The notes beneath the pieces were generated by a model that worked only from the letters and a program-made list of their open reading frames with translations, was not told where the DNA came from and searched no databases. From the NCBI RefSeq assembly GCF_022846255.1, contig NZ_AP025682.1: a stretch of DNA of 64,000 nucleotides. One strand, given 5' to 3'. The translations under genes were made by a program, and so were the position numbers. Below are positions 32,824-46,388 of the stretch, in pieces. The DNA comes from Escherichia coli (GTDB taxonomy: Bacteria > Pseudomonadota > Gammaproteobacteria > Enterobacterales > Enterobacteriaceae). Every line of letters begins with the position of its first letter. Position 1 is the first letter of the stretch.

Positions 32824-33792
32824 TTACTTCTGATTCAGGCTGCCAGAGAGGATGCAGAATACCCCCATCAGGTCAGCGTGACGGATGGTGACTTCCGTCT
32901 TTTCATTCACTTTTGGCTTGGCATGGTAGGCAATCCCCAGCCCTGCCGCTTTGATCATCGGCAGGTCATTGGCTCCATCGCCAATCGCCACGGTCTGCGC
33001 CAGCGGGATTTCATACTCCTGCGCGAGGCGGGTCAGGGTTTTCGCTTTATATTGCGCGTCAACGATGTCGCCGATCACATTGCCGGTAAATTTACCGTCC
33101 ATGATCTCCAGTTCATTGGCTACCACGGTTGTCAGGCGTAGCTTGTCGCGCAGGTATTCAGCAAAGAAAGTAAAGCCGCCGGAGGCAATCGCCACTTTCC
33201 AGCCCAGCGTTTCCAGCTTGAGTACCAGCTGCGTTAAGCCTGGCATCAGCGGCAGATTTTCACGCACCTGTTGCAGAATATTGGCGTCAGCGCCTTTCAG
33301 CGTCGCCACGCGGCTGCGCAGGCTGGCGGTAAAATCGAGTTCGCCGCGCATCGCCCGTTCGGTTACCTCCGCCACCCTCTCGCCCGTTCCGGCCAGTTTG
33401 GCGATTTCATCAATACATTCAATCTGGATGGCGGTGGAATCCATGTCCATCACCAGCAACCCCGGCGTGCGCAGGTGTGGGATTTTCCCCAGCGGCGCGA
33501 CATCCAGTTGCGCTTCATGGGCCAGGCGCGTAGCCCGCGCAGTGAGTGAACCTGCCAGACGAATCACCTGATAATCTTCCACGCACCAGGCGGCAACAAT
33601 CACCATAGCCGCGCCCAGTTTGCTCTGGTATTGGGTCAGACGTTGTTTATCCAGCCCACGACCATACAGCAGCCAGCCGCTACGACCTGCGTGGTAATCC
33701 AGTGGCATCACTTCATCACCACTTAATGAAAGAGGCAGACCAGGCCATAAAGAGACATCTTCAGGCAGGTCGCACCAGGTAATGTTAGGCAT
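32824..33792 (-). CDS. serB: Phosphoserine phosphatase SerB
   Basis: 322 aa starting MPNITWCDLPEDVSLWPGL with HAD motif DMDST. Confidence 0.95.
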   Translation of the reverse strand: MPNITWCDLPEDVSLWPGLPLSLSGDEVMPLDYHAGRSGWLLYGRGLDKQRLTQYQSKLGAAMVIVAAWCVEDYQVIRLAGSLTARATRLAHEAQLDVAPLGKIPHLRTPGLLVMDMDSTAIQIECIDEIAKLAGTGERVAEVTERAMRGELDFTASLRSRVATLKGADANILQQVRENLPLMPGLTQLVLKLETLGWKVAIASGGFTFFAEYLRDKLRLTTVVANELEIMDGKFTGNVIGDIVDAQYKAKTLTRLAQEYEIPLAQTVAIGDGANDLPMIKAAGLGIAYHAKPKVNEKTEVTIRHADLMGVFCILSGSLNQK

Positions 33793-33897
33793 TAAGGCTC
33801 CTGTAAAATCGTTCGAAGCAGGGAAAATAACGCATGAGGCTACCTTGTATCCATTGCTTCTGGCAACATTAAGTCTCAAATTTTCAAAGGGTGGAAG

Positions 33898-34542
33898 ATG
33901 GCTCGCACAAAACTGAAATTCCGGCTGCATCGGGCAGTGATTGTCCTGTTCTGTCTTGCCTTGTTAGTGGCGCTGATGCAGGGGGCGTCATGGTTTAGTC
34001 AAAACCACCAGCGACAGCGTAATCCACAGCTGGAAGAACTGGCCCGCACCCTGGCGCGTCAGGTGACGCTGAACGTTGCACCGCTGATGCGTACCGACTC
34101 ACCGGATGAAAAACGCATTCAGGCGATCCTCGATCAGTTAACGGATGAAAGCCGTATCCTCGACGCGGGCGTGTATGACGAACAAGGCGATCTTATCGCC
34201 CGTTCTGGCGAAAGCGTCGAAGTGCGCGACCGGTTGGCGCTCGACGGCAAAAAAGCGGGCGGCTATTTTAACCAGCAGATTGTCGAACCTATTGCCGGGA
34301 AAAACGGACCGCTCGGCTATCTGCGCCTGACGCTCGACACCCATACGCTCGCCACCGAAGCCCAACAGGTGGATAACACCACTAACATTTTACGCCTGAT
34401 GTTGCTGCTCTCACTGGCAATCGGCGTAGTGCTGACCCGCACGCTGCTACAGGGTAAACGCACCCGCTGGCAGCAATCGCCCTTCCTGTTAACCGCCAGC
34501 AAACCGGTGCCGGAAGAGGAAGAAAGCGAGAAAAAAGAGTGA
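33898..34542 (+). CDS. ytjB: Membrane protein YtjB (Smp)
   Basis: 214 aa starting MARTKLKFRLHRAVIVLFCLALLVA. Confidence 0.85.
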   Translation: MARTKLKFRLHRAVIVLFCLALLVALMQGASWFSQNHQRQRNPQLEELARTLARQVTLNVAPLMRTDSPDEKRIQAILDQLTDESRILDAGVYDEQGDLIARSGESVEVRDRLALDGKKAGGYFNQQIVEPIAGKNGPLGYLRLTLDTHTLATEAQQVDNTTNILRLMLLLSLAIGVVLTRTLLQGKRTRWQQSPFLLTASKPVPEEEESEKKE

Positions 34543-34569
34543 CCCATTACTACAAGAAAGGAAATCGTT

Positions 34570-35586
34570 ATGTCCACATTACGCCTGCTCATCTCTGACT
34601 CTTACGACCCGTGGTTTAACCTGGCGGTGGAGGAGTGTATTTTTCGCCAGATGCCCGCCACGCAGCGCGTTCTGTTTCTCTGGCGCAATGCCGACACGGT
34701 AGTGATTGGTCGCGCACAGAACCCGTGGAAAGAGTGTAATACCCGGCGGATGGAAGAAGATAACGTCCGCCTGGCGCGGCGCAGCAGCGGTGGCGGCGCG
34801 GTGTTCCACGATCTCGGTAATACCTGCTTTACCTTTATGGCTGGCAAGCCGGAGTACGATAAAACCATCTCCACGTCGATTGTGCTCAATGCTCTGAACG
34901 CGCTCGGCGTCAGCGCCGAAGCGTCCGGACGTAACGATCTGGTGGTGAAAACCGCCGAAGGCGACCGCAAAGTCTCAGGCTCAGCCTATCGCGAAACCAA
35001 AGATCGCGGCTTCCACCACGGCACCTTGCTACTCAATGCTGACCTTAGCCGTCTGGCAAACTATCTCAACCCGGATAAAAAGAAACTGGCGGCGAAAGGC
35101 ATTACCTCGGTACGTTCCCGCGTGACCAACCTCACCGAATTGCTGCCGGGGATCACCCATGAGCAGGTTTGCGAGGCGATTCGAGAGGCCTTTTTCGCCC
35201 ATTATGGCGAGCGCGTGGAAGCGGAAATCATCTCCCCGGACAAAACGCCAGACCTGCCGAACTTCGCCGAAACCTTTGCCCGTCAGAGTAGCTGGGAATG
35301 GAACTTCGGTCAGGCTCCGGCGTTTTCGCATCTGCTGGATGAACGCTTTACCTGGGGCGGCGTAGAACTGCATTTCGACGTCGAAAAAGGCCATATCACC
35401 CGCGCCCAGGTGTTTACCGACAGCCTCAACCCCGCGCCGCTGGAAGCCCTCGCCGGGCGACTGCAAGGCTGCCTGTACCGCGCAGATATGCTGCAACAGG
35501 AGTGCGAAGCGCTGCTGGTTGACTTCCCGGAACAGGAAAAAGAGCTACGGGAGTTGTCAGCGTGGATGGCAGGGGCGGTAAGGTAA
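34570..35586 (+). CDS. lplA: Lipoate-protein ligase A
   Basis: 338 aa starting [22 protein letters not shown]. Confidence 0.95.
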   Translation: MSTLRLLISDSYDPWFNLAVEECIFRQMPATQRVLFLWRNADTVVIGRAQNPWKECNTRRMEEDNVRLARRSSGGGAVFHDLGNTCFTFMAGKPEYDKTISTSIVLNALNALGVSAEASGRNDLVVKTAEGDRKVSGSAYRETKDRGFHHGTLLLNADLSRLANYLNPDKKKLAAKGITSVRSRVTNLTELLPGITHEQVCEAIREAFFAHYGERVEAEIISPDKTPDLPNFAETFARQSSWEWNFGQAPAFSHLLDERFTWGGVELHFDVEKGHITRAQVFTDSLNPAPLEALAGRLQGCLYRADMLQQECEALLVDFPEQEKELRELSAWMAGAVR

Positions 35587-35617
35587 CTCGCTGATTAAAA
35601 TATCCAGGGAAGGAAAT

Positions 35618-35881
35618 ATGATCGATCTGGAAAACCAGGAACGGGAGATTATCAATTTAATGTTCAGCCAGGGTATATCCTGGCTAACCGCCGTGCGTAT
35701 CAGGCATAAACTATCACTTGCTGAAGTAAGTAAAATGTTAGGTATCTCCATTAATTCTCTAAAACAGATCGAAAAGACGGAACGGCTTAGTTCAAACATC
35801 AAAAGCAAAATGGCAGGAATTTATGGTTGTCCACCAGAGTTGCTGATATGCCCTTCCTGGATGACTGCTGAACATAAATGA
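35618..35881 (+). CDS. Small XRE-family helix-turn-helix protein (87 aa), unknown function
   Basis: ORF with RBS GGAAGGA 4 nt upstream of the ATG; HTH-like segment KLSLAEVSKMLGISINSLKQIE; AT-rich; 31 bp downstream of lplA on the same strand. Confidence 0.55.
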   Translation: MIDLENQEREIINLMFSQGISWLTAVRIRHKLSLAEVSKMLGISINSLKQIEKTERLSSNIKSKMAGIYGCPPELLICPSWMTAEHK

Positions 35882-35979
35882 ATAGATTCGTGAATAGATA
35901 CTTGAATGGATTTTATTTTCTATCCATATGAAAAATAATAGTAAATCTATAAATCAGTTGCTATTGATGAATAAATACT

Positions 35980-36008
35980 AAAAAGCCGGAGCAGTCTCCC
36001 ACTCCGGC
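35980..36008 (-). terminator. Intrinsic terminator downstream of deoD
   Basis: Minus strand reads gccggagtgggagactgctccggc followed by ttttt, about 35 bp after the deoD stop. Confidence 0.8.
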
Positions 36009-36041
36009 TTCACACGACAATCGCCTTTCAGCAAAACACAA

Positions 36042-36761
36042 TTACTCTTTATCGCCCAGCAGAACGGATTCCAGCGCGATTTTGATCATGTCGTTGAAGG
36101 TGGTCTGACGCTCAGCGGCAGTGGTCTGCTCGTGAGTGCGGATGTGGTCAGACACGGTGCAGATGGTCAGGGCTTTCGCGCCAAATTCTGCAGCGACGCC
36201 GTAGATACCAGCCGCTTCCATTTCCACGCCGAGGATGCCGTATTTTTCCATCACGTCGAACATTTCGCCGTCCGGAGAGTAGAACAGGTCAGCGGAGAAC
36301 AGGTTACCAACGCGAGCATCAACGCCCAGTGCTTTTGCCGCGTCTACCGCGTTACGCACCATGTCGAAGTCAGCGATAGCGGCAAAGTCATGGTCTTTAA
36401 AACGGATGCGGTTAACTTTGGAATCGGTGCAGGCACCCATACCGATAACGACGTCGCGCAGTTTTACGTGCGGCAGAACAGCGCCACAGGAACCAACGCG
36501 GATAATTTTCTTCACGCCGAAATCAGTGATCAGTTCTTTGGTGTAGATGGAGCAGGACGGGATACCCATACCGTGGCCCATTACGGAAATTTTGCGGCCT
36601 TTGTAAGTACCAGTGAAGCCCAGCATACCGCGAACGTTGTTCACTTCACGGGCATCTTCAAGGAAAGTTTCAGCAATATACTTCGCACGCAGCGGGTCGC
36701 CTGGCATCAAAACTACGTCAGCAAAATCGCCCATTTCTGCATTAATGTGTGGAGTAGCCAT
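36042..36761 (-). CDS. deoD: Purine nucleoside phosphorylase DeoD
   Basis: 239 aa starting [26 protein letters not shown]. Confidence 0.97.
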   Translation of the reverse strand: MATPHINAEMGDFADVVLMPGDPLRAKYIAETFLEDAREVNNVRGMLGFTGTYKGRKISVMGHGMGIPSCSIYTKELITDFGVKKIIRVGSCGAVLPHVKLRDVVIGMGACTDSKVNRIRFKDHDFAAIADFDMVRNAVDAAKALGVDARVGNLFSADLFYSPDGEMFDVMEKYGILGVEMEAAGIYGVAAEFGAKALTICTVSDHIRTHEQTTAAERQTTFNDMIKIALESVLLGDKE

Positions 36762-36817
36762 CGTTTTATCCTTTTTGTGACATATTAAAGGCGGAGTCAC
36801 TGCTCCGCCCAAATCCA

Positions 36818-38062
<1,245 letters not shown>

Positions 38063-38092
38063 TCAAATTTAAATGATCAGATCAGTATACCG

Positions 38093-39415
38093 TTATTCGC
38101 TGATACGGCGATAGACAGTTGGTGTGCTTTCCGGTGCTTTATCGGCAAGTTTAATTGCCGCTTTCACCGCTTTCGCCGCTTCCTGCCAGCTGTTTTCGTC
38201 TTTCGCGTGGATAACTGCCAGCGGACGCTGACCGTCTACCTGGTCGCCCAGACGCGCCATATCAGTAAAGCCGACGCTGTAATCGATGGTGTCAGATGCC
38301 TGACGGCGTCCGCCGCCCATTGCAACCACTGCCATCCCCAGCGCGCGGGTATCCATTTCACTGACAAACCCTTCGGTATCAGCATAGACTGCTTTCGTCA
38401 GCATCGCTGTCGGCAGATACTTCGCGTAGTTCTCAACGAAGTCGGTCGGACCTTTTTGTGCCGCTACCATACGACCAAAGACTTCTGCTGCTTTACCGTT
38501 GTCCAGCACCGCCTGTAATTTCGCGCGCGCTTCGGCGTCATTTTTCGCCAGTTTGCCGGAGATCAGCATCTCCACGCACAGTGCCATCGTGACATCAAAC
38601 AGACGCGGGTTACGATATTCACCCGTCAGGAACTGCACCGCTTCACGAACTTCAACCGCGTTACCTGCACTGGAGGCCAGTACCTGATTCATATCGGTGA
38701 GCAGCGCGGTGGTGCGCACGCCAGCGCCGTTAGCCACGCCAACAATCGCTTCGGCAAGGGCTTCAGAGAGTTCGTAGGTCGGCATAAACGCGCCGCTACC
38801 CACTTTCACGTCCATCACCAGCGCGTCCAGACCTTCCGCCAGTTTCTTCGCCAGAATAGAGGCGGTGATCAGCGGGATTGAATCCACGGTTGCGGTAATA
38901 TCGCGGGTCGCGTAGAAACGTTTATCCGCCGGAGCCAATGAGCTGGTCTGGCCGATAATCGCCACGCCGACGTCTTTAATAATTTCGCGGAAACGGTTGT
39001 CATCCGGGAAAATGTCGAAGCCAGGGATGGATTCCAGTTTGTCGAGCGTACCGCCAGTATGACCGAGGCCGCGACCGGAGATCATCGGAATATAGCCGCC
39101 ACAGGCAGCGACCATCGGCCCCAACATCAGCGAAGTCACATCGCCGACACCGCCGGTCGAGTGTTTATCAACAATCGGGCCATTCAGATGCAGGCTTTTC
39201 CAGTCGAGAACGGTTCCTGAATCTCGCATCGCCATGGTCAGCGAGACACGCTCAGGCATTGTCATATCGTGGAAGAAAATGGTCATCGCGAGGGCGGCAA
39301 TCTGCCCTTCGGAGATAGTGTTGTCGCGAATGCCGTTGATAAAGAAACGAATTTCTTCATCACTCAGCGCATGACCATCACGTTTTTTACGAATAATTTC
39401 TTGTGCGAGAAACAA
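38093..39415 (-). CDS. deoA: Thymidine phosphorylase DeoA
   Basis: 440 aa beginning (M)[21 protein letters not shown]; start is a probable TTG, so the exact start codon is uncertain. Confidence 0.93.
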
Positions 39416-39492
39416 GGTAACCTCCCGTGGAAAAGAGACGAGGTAATCGGGGAACCGGATGAGCATCGCTGCATCATCCGGCAAATCAAGCC

Positions 39493-40272
39493 TTAGTAGC
39501 TGCTGGCGCTCTTACCGTCGCCGTGGCCCAGAGCTTTCAGCAGGCTTGCCAGCAAGCTGGAAGCACCAAAGCGGTAGTGACGCGCATCAGCCCAGTCAGC
39601 ACCGAACAGTTCATCTGCAATGGCGAGATATTTCTGCGCATCTTCCGCAGTACGCACGCCGCCCGCCGGTTTGAAACCAACGGTTTTTTCTACGCCCATA
39701 TCGCGGATCACTTCCATCATGATGCGCGCGCTTTCCGGCGTCGCATTCACAGCCACTTTACCGGTAGAGGTTTTGATGAAGTCAGCACCCGCTTTGATGG
39801 AGATTTCAGACGCTTTACGGATCAGCGCTTCGTCTTTCAGTTCGCCGGTTTCAATAATCACTTTCAGCAGTACGTTCGCCGCAGCGCAAGCCTCTTTACA
39901 GGCTTTCACCAGGTCAAAACCAACCTGCTCGTTACCCGCCATCAGCGCGCGGTACGGGAACACCACGTCAACTTCATCGGCACCGTAGGCGATTGCCGCA
40001 CGGGTTTCTGCCAGCGCAATGTCGATGTCGTCGTTACCGTGTGGGAAGTTAGTTACCGTAGCGATACGGATTTCCGGGGTGCCCTGCTCTTTCAGAGTTT
40101 TGCGAGCAATCGGGATAAAGCGAGGATAGATACAGATAGCGGCGGTATTGCCGACCGGAGTTTTGGCCTGATGACACAGGGCGATCACTTTCTCATCGGT
40201 GTCGTCGTCATTCAGGGTGGTCAGGTCCATCAATTTCAGTGCACGCAGGCTGCTTGCTTTCAGATCAGTCAT
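39493..40272 (-). CDS. deoC: Deoxyribose-phosphate aldolase DeoC
   Basis: 259 aa starting [24 protein letters not shown]. Confidence 0.95.
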
Positions 40273-40529
40273 TTCATTCTCCTGGCTTGTCGCCAATAAA
40301 ATTCACCTTGCGAGTTTGTTAGTATTCTAACATCTACTCCGCAACACACTTCGATGTACATCACAATTAAGGAAATCTACTTACAAGTTTGCATCACTGT
40401 AATGCGATCTGGTTCAAATAATTCACTTTCAAATGAATGCGTCAGTGGTGGCAAACGTATCAGGATCAAAGTGAACATCACGAAACTTCTTACAATGGCG
40501 CATCACCTTCGGCATAAAAGGAAAAGAAG

Positions 40530-42080
40530 ATGCCCACTTCTCATGAAAATGCACTGCAACAACGTTGCCAGCAAATTGTCACCAGCCCGGTACTTAGCCC
40601 GGAGCAGAAGCGCCATTTTCTGGCACTGGAAGCAGAAAATAATCTGCCTTACCCACAGCTGCCTGCCGAAGCCCGCCGCGCGCTGGATGAGGGGGTAATC
40701 TGCGATATGTTTGAAGGTCATGCGCCGTACAAACCGCGCTATGTCTTACCCGATTACGCCCGTTTTCTGGCGCACGGTTCCGAATGGCTGGAGCTGGAAG
40801 GCGCGAAAGACCTTGATGACGCACTCTCTCTGCTGACCATTCTTTACCACCATGTACCGTCGGTCACATCGATGCCGGTCTACCTGGGGCAACTGGATGC
40901 GTTGTTGCAACCGTATGTTAGAATTATAACACAAGACGAGATCGATATTCGAATAAAACGTTTCTGGCGTTACCTCGACAGAACCCTGCCAGACGCCTTT
41001 ATGCATGCCAATATCGGCCCGTCTGATTCGCCCATTACCCGTGCGATATTACGTGCAGACGCAGAGCTGAAGCAGGTTTCACCGAACCTGACCTTTATCT
41101 ACGATCCTGATATCACCCCTGATGACCTGCTGCTGGAAGTGGCGAAAAACATCTGTGAATGTAGCAAACCGCACATCGCCAACGGTCCGGTGCATGATAA
41201 AATTTTCACAAAGGGGGGCTACGGGATTGTGAGCTGTTACAACTCACTGCCGCTGGCGGGTGGTGGCAGCACGCTGGTACGCCTAAACCTGAAAGCCATT
41301 GCCGAGCGCAGTGAATCGCTGGAGGACTTCTTTACGCGCACTCTACCGCACTACTGCCAACAGCAGATCGCCATCATCGATGCGCGGTGTGAATTCCTCT
41401 ATCAACAATCACACTTCTTTGAGAATAGCTTCCTGGTGAAAGAAGGGCTGATTAACCCTGAACGTTTTGTGCCGATGTTTGGCATGTATGGGCTGGCGGA
41501 AGCGGTTAACTTGCTGTGTGAAAAAGAAGGGATTGCCGCACGCTACGGTAAAGAGGCCGCCGCAAATGAAGTGGGTTATCGCATTAGCGCGCAACTGGCG
41601 GAGTTTGTCGCCAATACCCCCGTGAAATATGGCTGGCAAAAACGCGCCATGTTACACGCACAGTCGGGGATAAGTTCCGATATCGGCACCACGCCGGGCG
41701 CGCGTTTGCCGTATGGTGATGAGCCAGATCCGATTACCCATCTGCAAACTGTCGCCCCGCATCATGCTTATTATTATTCCGGCATCAGCGACATTCTGAC
41801 GCTCGACGAAACCATCAAACGTAATCCGCAGGCGCTGGTACAGCTTTGCCTCGGTGCCTTTAAAGCCGGAATGCGTGAATTTACCGCCAATGTCAGCGGT
41901 AACGATCTGGTTCGCGTTACCGGTTATATGGTGCGTTTGTCGGATTTAGAAAAATATCGCGCCGAAGGTTCACGCACCAACACTACCTGGCTGGGAGAAG
42001 AAGCCGCACGCAACACTCGTATTCTGGAACGCCAGCCGCGCGTGATAAGCCATGAACAGCAGATGCGCTTTAGTCAGTAA
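40530..42080 (+). CDS. yjjI: Glycine-radical-enzyme-like protein YjjI (DUF3029), unknown substrate
   Basis: 516 aa ORF, syntenic with K-12 yjjI; followed by an overlapping radical-SAM activase gene. Confidence 0.9.
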   Translation: MPTSHENALQQRCQQIVTSPVLSPEQKRHFLALEAENNLPYPQLPAEARRALDEGVICDMFEGHAPYKPRYVLPDYARFLAHGSEWLELEGAKDLDDALSLLTILYHHVPSVTSMPVYLGQLDALLQPYVRIITQDEIDIRIKRFWRYLDRTLPDAFMHANIGPSDSPITRAILRADAELKQVSPNLTFIYDPDITPDDLLLEVAKNICECSKPHIANGPVHDKIFTKGGYGIVSCYNSLPLAGGGSTLVRLNLKAIAERSESLEDFFTRTLPHYCQQQIAIIDARCEFLYQQSHFFENSFLVKEGLINPERFVPMFGMYGLAEAVNLLCEKEGIAARYGKEAAANEVGYRISAQLAEFVANTPVKYGWQKRAMLHAQSGISSDIGTTPGARLPYGDEPDPITHLQTVAPHHAYYYSGISDILTLDETIKRNPQALVQLCLGAFKAGMREFTANVSGNDLVRVTGYMVRLSDLEKYRAEGSRTNTTWLGEEAARNTRILERQPRVISHEQQMRFSQ

Positions 42081-42915
42081 GATTATCCCCTTCTCTTGCG
42101 TTGACGGGCCAGGCAGTCGTCTGGCTCTGTTTTTGCAGGGCTGCAATCTGCGCTGCAAAAACTGTCACAATCCGTGGACGATGGGGCGCTGTAATGATTG
42201 CGGAGAGTGCGTGCCGCAGTGTCCGCATCAGGCGTTGCAGATTGTCGACGGCAAAGTGGCGTGGAGCGCGGCTGTCTGCGAGCAATGTGATACCTGCCTG
42301 AAGATGTGTCCGCAACATGCTACGCCAATGGCGCAATCCATGAGCGTGGACGAGGTGCTTAACCATGTCCGCAAAGCGGTTCTGTTTATTGAAGGGATAA
42401 CGGTAAGCGGCGGCGAAGCCACGACCCAGTTGCCGTTTGTGGTGGCGCTGTTTACTGCCATCAAAAACGATCCGCAACTGTGCCATCTCACCTGCCTCGT
42501 GGACAGTAACGGCATGTTGAGCGAAACCGGCTGGGAAAAATTGCTCCCGGTGTGTGACGGCGCAATGCTCGATCTCAAAGCGTGGGGGAGCGAATGTCAT
42601 CAGCAATTAACCGGACGCGATAATCAGCAGATCAAGCGCAGCATCTGTTTGCTGGCAGAGCGCGGTAAGCTGGCGGAACTGCGTTTGCTGGTAATCCCTG
42701 GCCAGGTGGATTATTTGCAACACATCGAAGAACTGGCGGCGTTAATCAAGGGACTTGGCGATGTTCCGGTACGCCTGAACGCGTTTCATGCCCACGGCGT
42801 GTATGGCGAGGCGCAAAGCTGGCCGAGTGCCACGCCGGAGGATGTGGAACAACTGGCTGATGCGTTATGGGAGCGCGGGGTGAGCCGGTTAATATTTCCG
42901 GCGCTATATTTGTGA
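42052..42915 (+). CDS. yjjW: Glycyl-radical enzyme activating protein YjjW (radical SAM)
   Basis: 287 aa with cysteine clusters CxxxCxxC and CxxCxxCxxxC; overlaps the yjjI 3' end by 29 nt. Confidence 0.9.
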   Translation: MNSRCALVSKIIPFSCVDGPGSRLALFLQGCNLRCKNCHNPWTMGRCNDCGECVPQCPHQALQIVDGKVAWSAAVCEQCDTCLKMCPQHATPMAQSMSVDEVLNHVRKAVLFIEGITVSGGEATTQLPFVVALFTAIKNDPQLCHLTCLVDSNGMLSETGWEKLLPVCDGAMLDLKAWGSECHQQLTGRDNQQIKRSICLLAERGKLAELRLLVIPGQVDYLQHIEELAALIKGLGDVPVRLNAFHAHGVYGEAQSWPSATPEDVEQLADALWERGVSRLIFPALYL

Positions 42916-43907
<992 letters not shown>

Positions 43908-43911
<4 letters not shown>

Positions 43912-44981
43912 GCCAGATCCTCATTGTTAAATGTCGGGTCGTTCGCCTGCGGAGCGTCGCTCACTTCGGCAACCAGCGTATCGTTGGCGACTGGCGCAGG
44001 CGGAATAACGATCGACTCCGGCGTCACCACCGGCACCAGATGGCGGCTCAGCGGCGCTTTTTCAGTCAATAATTTACCGACCGTTGCCAGAAAATAACGC
44101 CCGCATAAACGTCCAAGTTTATAGTCTTCACGCAGCGCCGGAATCCGACTGCCGAGCGCGATACTATGCAATGGCTTCGGCGGATAAATTTCGAATATCC
44201 GCAGCTGGCCCGGTGGTTTCTCAATAAATTGCTGAATCTCACGATAGCTTGTTTCATGATGCTGCACCAGATTGACCAGCGGCTGCAGGCTACTGTCACC
44301 CAGCCAGCGTTCCATGCGTTTGAACCACTGCGGCGTGTAGTACATTTGTGACGGCACAGTGCGGATGACGACCAACGTTTTTGCTCCCTGCCTTGCCGCC
44401 TCTTTAACCGGGATCGCATCACTGATCCCACCATCCAGGTAGTTAATACCTTCCAGCGACACTCCGCTACGATAAAAGCCAGGTATCGCACTGGAGGCGC
44501 GAATCACATCCAGCCAGTTTTGTTTAGTTGGCAAAAAGTAATTCGGCGCATAGTCATCCTGACGACAGGCGCACATATAAAACGATTTGCCGCTGTCAAA
44601 TAACCGCGCTGCGGTATCCATTTGCAACGGCATCTGGCTTGCGGTGGCCTCCACCAGCCAATCGAGATCGATAAGATTTCCTCCACGGACAAAGCGCAAT
44701 GGATCGAAAAATTCGCGTTTTGTGGTGTAACGCATGATGACTTTGCGCGCGTAACCGGGCTGATTGCAGATATACGCCGAGAGGTTCTGCGCCCCGGCAG
44801 ATGTGCCGAGATAAAGATCGAAAGGATTAAACTGCGCGCGCATAAACTCATCCAGCACGCCAGCCGTGAAAATTCCACGTTGTCCGCCGCCTTCGCACAC
44901 CAGAGCAATCCGTCCAGGCTGGAACGGCCTTAGCGACAACGGCGCAATATTACCAAGCGTTACAGGTATTCGCTGCCCCAC
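43908..44981 (-). CDS. yjjU: Patatin-like phospholipase YjjU
   Basis: 357 aa with the GGGxRG and GTSAG patatin motifs; probable GTG start. Confidence 0.85.
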
Positions 44982-45102
44982 CTCTGCCTTCCTGTTTTTG
45001 TTGTGAAAGAATGACAAAGTAACGCAATTTATTATTCGCTAAAACCGCAAAAGCCAGTCCGCTGGACTGGCTTTGGATAAAATTTTCTTAATGGTCTGAA
45101 AT

Positions 45103-45264
45103 CTAGGGTCGTTTTCGGCCCATGAACAAACTCACCAGGAACAGAATAATCCCGACGACAAAGACAATTTTAGCTGCGCCTGCAGCAGTACCGGCCAGAC
45201 CACCAAACCCAAGTGCGGCGGCGATTAACGCGATAACCAGAAATATGATGCCCCAACGAAACAT
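45103..45264 (-). CDS. ytjA: Small inner-membrane protein YtjA (53 aa)
   Basis: [53 protein letters not shown]; ORF-track start trimmed. Confidence 0.7.
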
Positions 45265-45390
45265 AAGCGTCTCCTTTACCATAGTTAATGTCACCGCTTG
45301 ATATGAGCGTGAAAATCACTCAATGCGATATTTTTAGTGTGGTGCACATCGCGCCTCCCGACAAAGTTCGGGAGGTCGAATTACGACGAA

Positions 45391-45996
45391 TTACTTAGTT
45401 TTCAGATCATTTTTAACGCTTTTCACACCATCTACCGCTTTGGCGATACTTTCAGCACGGTCGCTCTGTGCCTGAGAATCTACGGTACCGGAGAGCTGGA
45501 CCACGCCATCGGTGGTTTCAACTTTCACATGACGGGAAGGGACGATATCGTCCGCCAGCAGTTTGGCTTTGATTTCACTGGTGGTGGCGGTGTCACCCGC
45601 GTAGCCCTTCACAGAGCCTTCTTTAGCGTCGCGAACGTGCAGTTTGTCGCTGACAGAGGTCACGCCCTCAACACCTTTCGCCACTTTCACCGCCTCTTCG
45701 GCCTGAGCCTGGCTTTCAACGAAACCGCTCAGGGTCACGACTTTTTGATCGGTTTTGACAGAGATATCGGTGCTCTTGATGTTGTCATGGTCCACCAGGG
45801 CTGCCTTCACTTTCGCGGTGATGGCACTGTCATCCATGAAATTACCGACTTTATTCATAGAGCTATCGACTTTTTGCCCTGCGCTTTCATTGGTAGTCTG
45901 CGCGTTGTTTTCTGCGTAGGCAGAGCCGGTCGCGACGGCAGAGGTCAACATTACAGCCAGCAGAGTTTTCGAAATCTTCAGTCTTGTCATAGTCAT
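45391..45996 (-). CDS. osmY: Osmotically inducible periplasmic protein OsmY
   Basis: 201 aa starting [28 protein letters not shown] with two BON domains. Confidence 0.95.
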
Positions 45997-46388
45997 CGAT
46001 TTATTCCTGTATGTTTGCTCGTAATTTGAGCCTGGCAACACGAGGTTGCATTGCTGAATAGGGAGAGACTTCACCCTCTACAGAAGTCAATGGTCGCCAT
46101 CACAAAAGCGATGGGTGATGAATAACGACCATTACAGCCTCTGAATCAGTTATTAATATCGGTAGAATGACAATCAACGGCTTTAGATACTGATATCTAC
46201 GCATTGAACGGTATTTAACGCCGTCATAAATGTCATTACTTTGTTAAATATAGATCACAATTTTGAAACCGCTCGGGATATCAGCTAAAACATAAGCAAA
46301 AGTGAATGTTTTAAGAACATTCCGTAAGCGGCTAATAAGGAAGGGAAATTGACAGGGCGCAGCGGCTACCGCGCCCTGGAGGCTAGAA

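Noticed and set aside
35557-35808. 83-aa minus-strand ORF overlapping the lplA 3' end and the small HTH ORF
   Set aside because: Overlaps the lplA coding sequence on the opposite strand, has a hydrophobic low-complexity translation and no RBS; the plus-strand HTH ORF is the better model.
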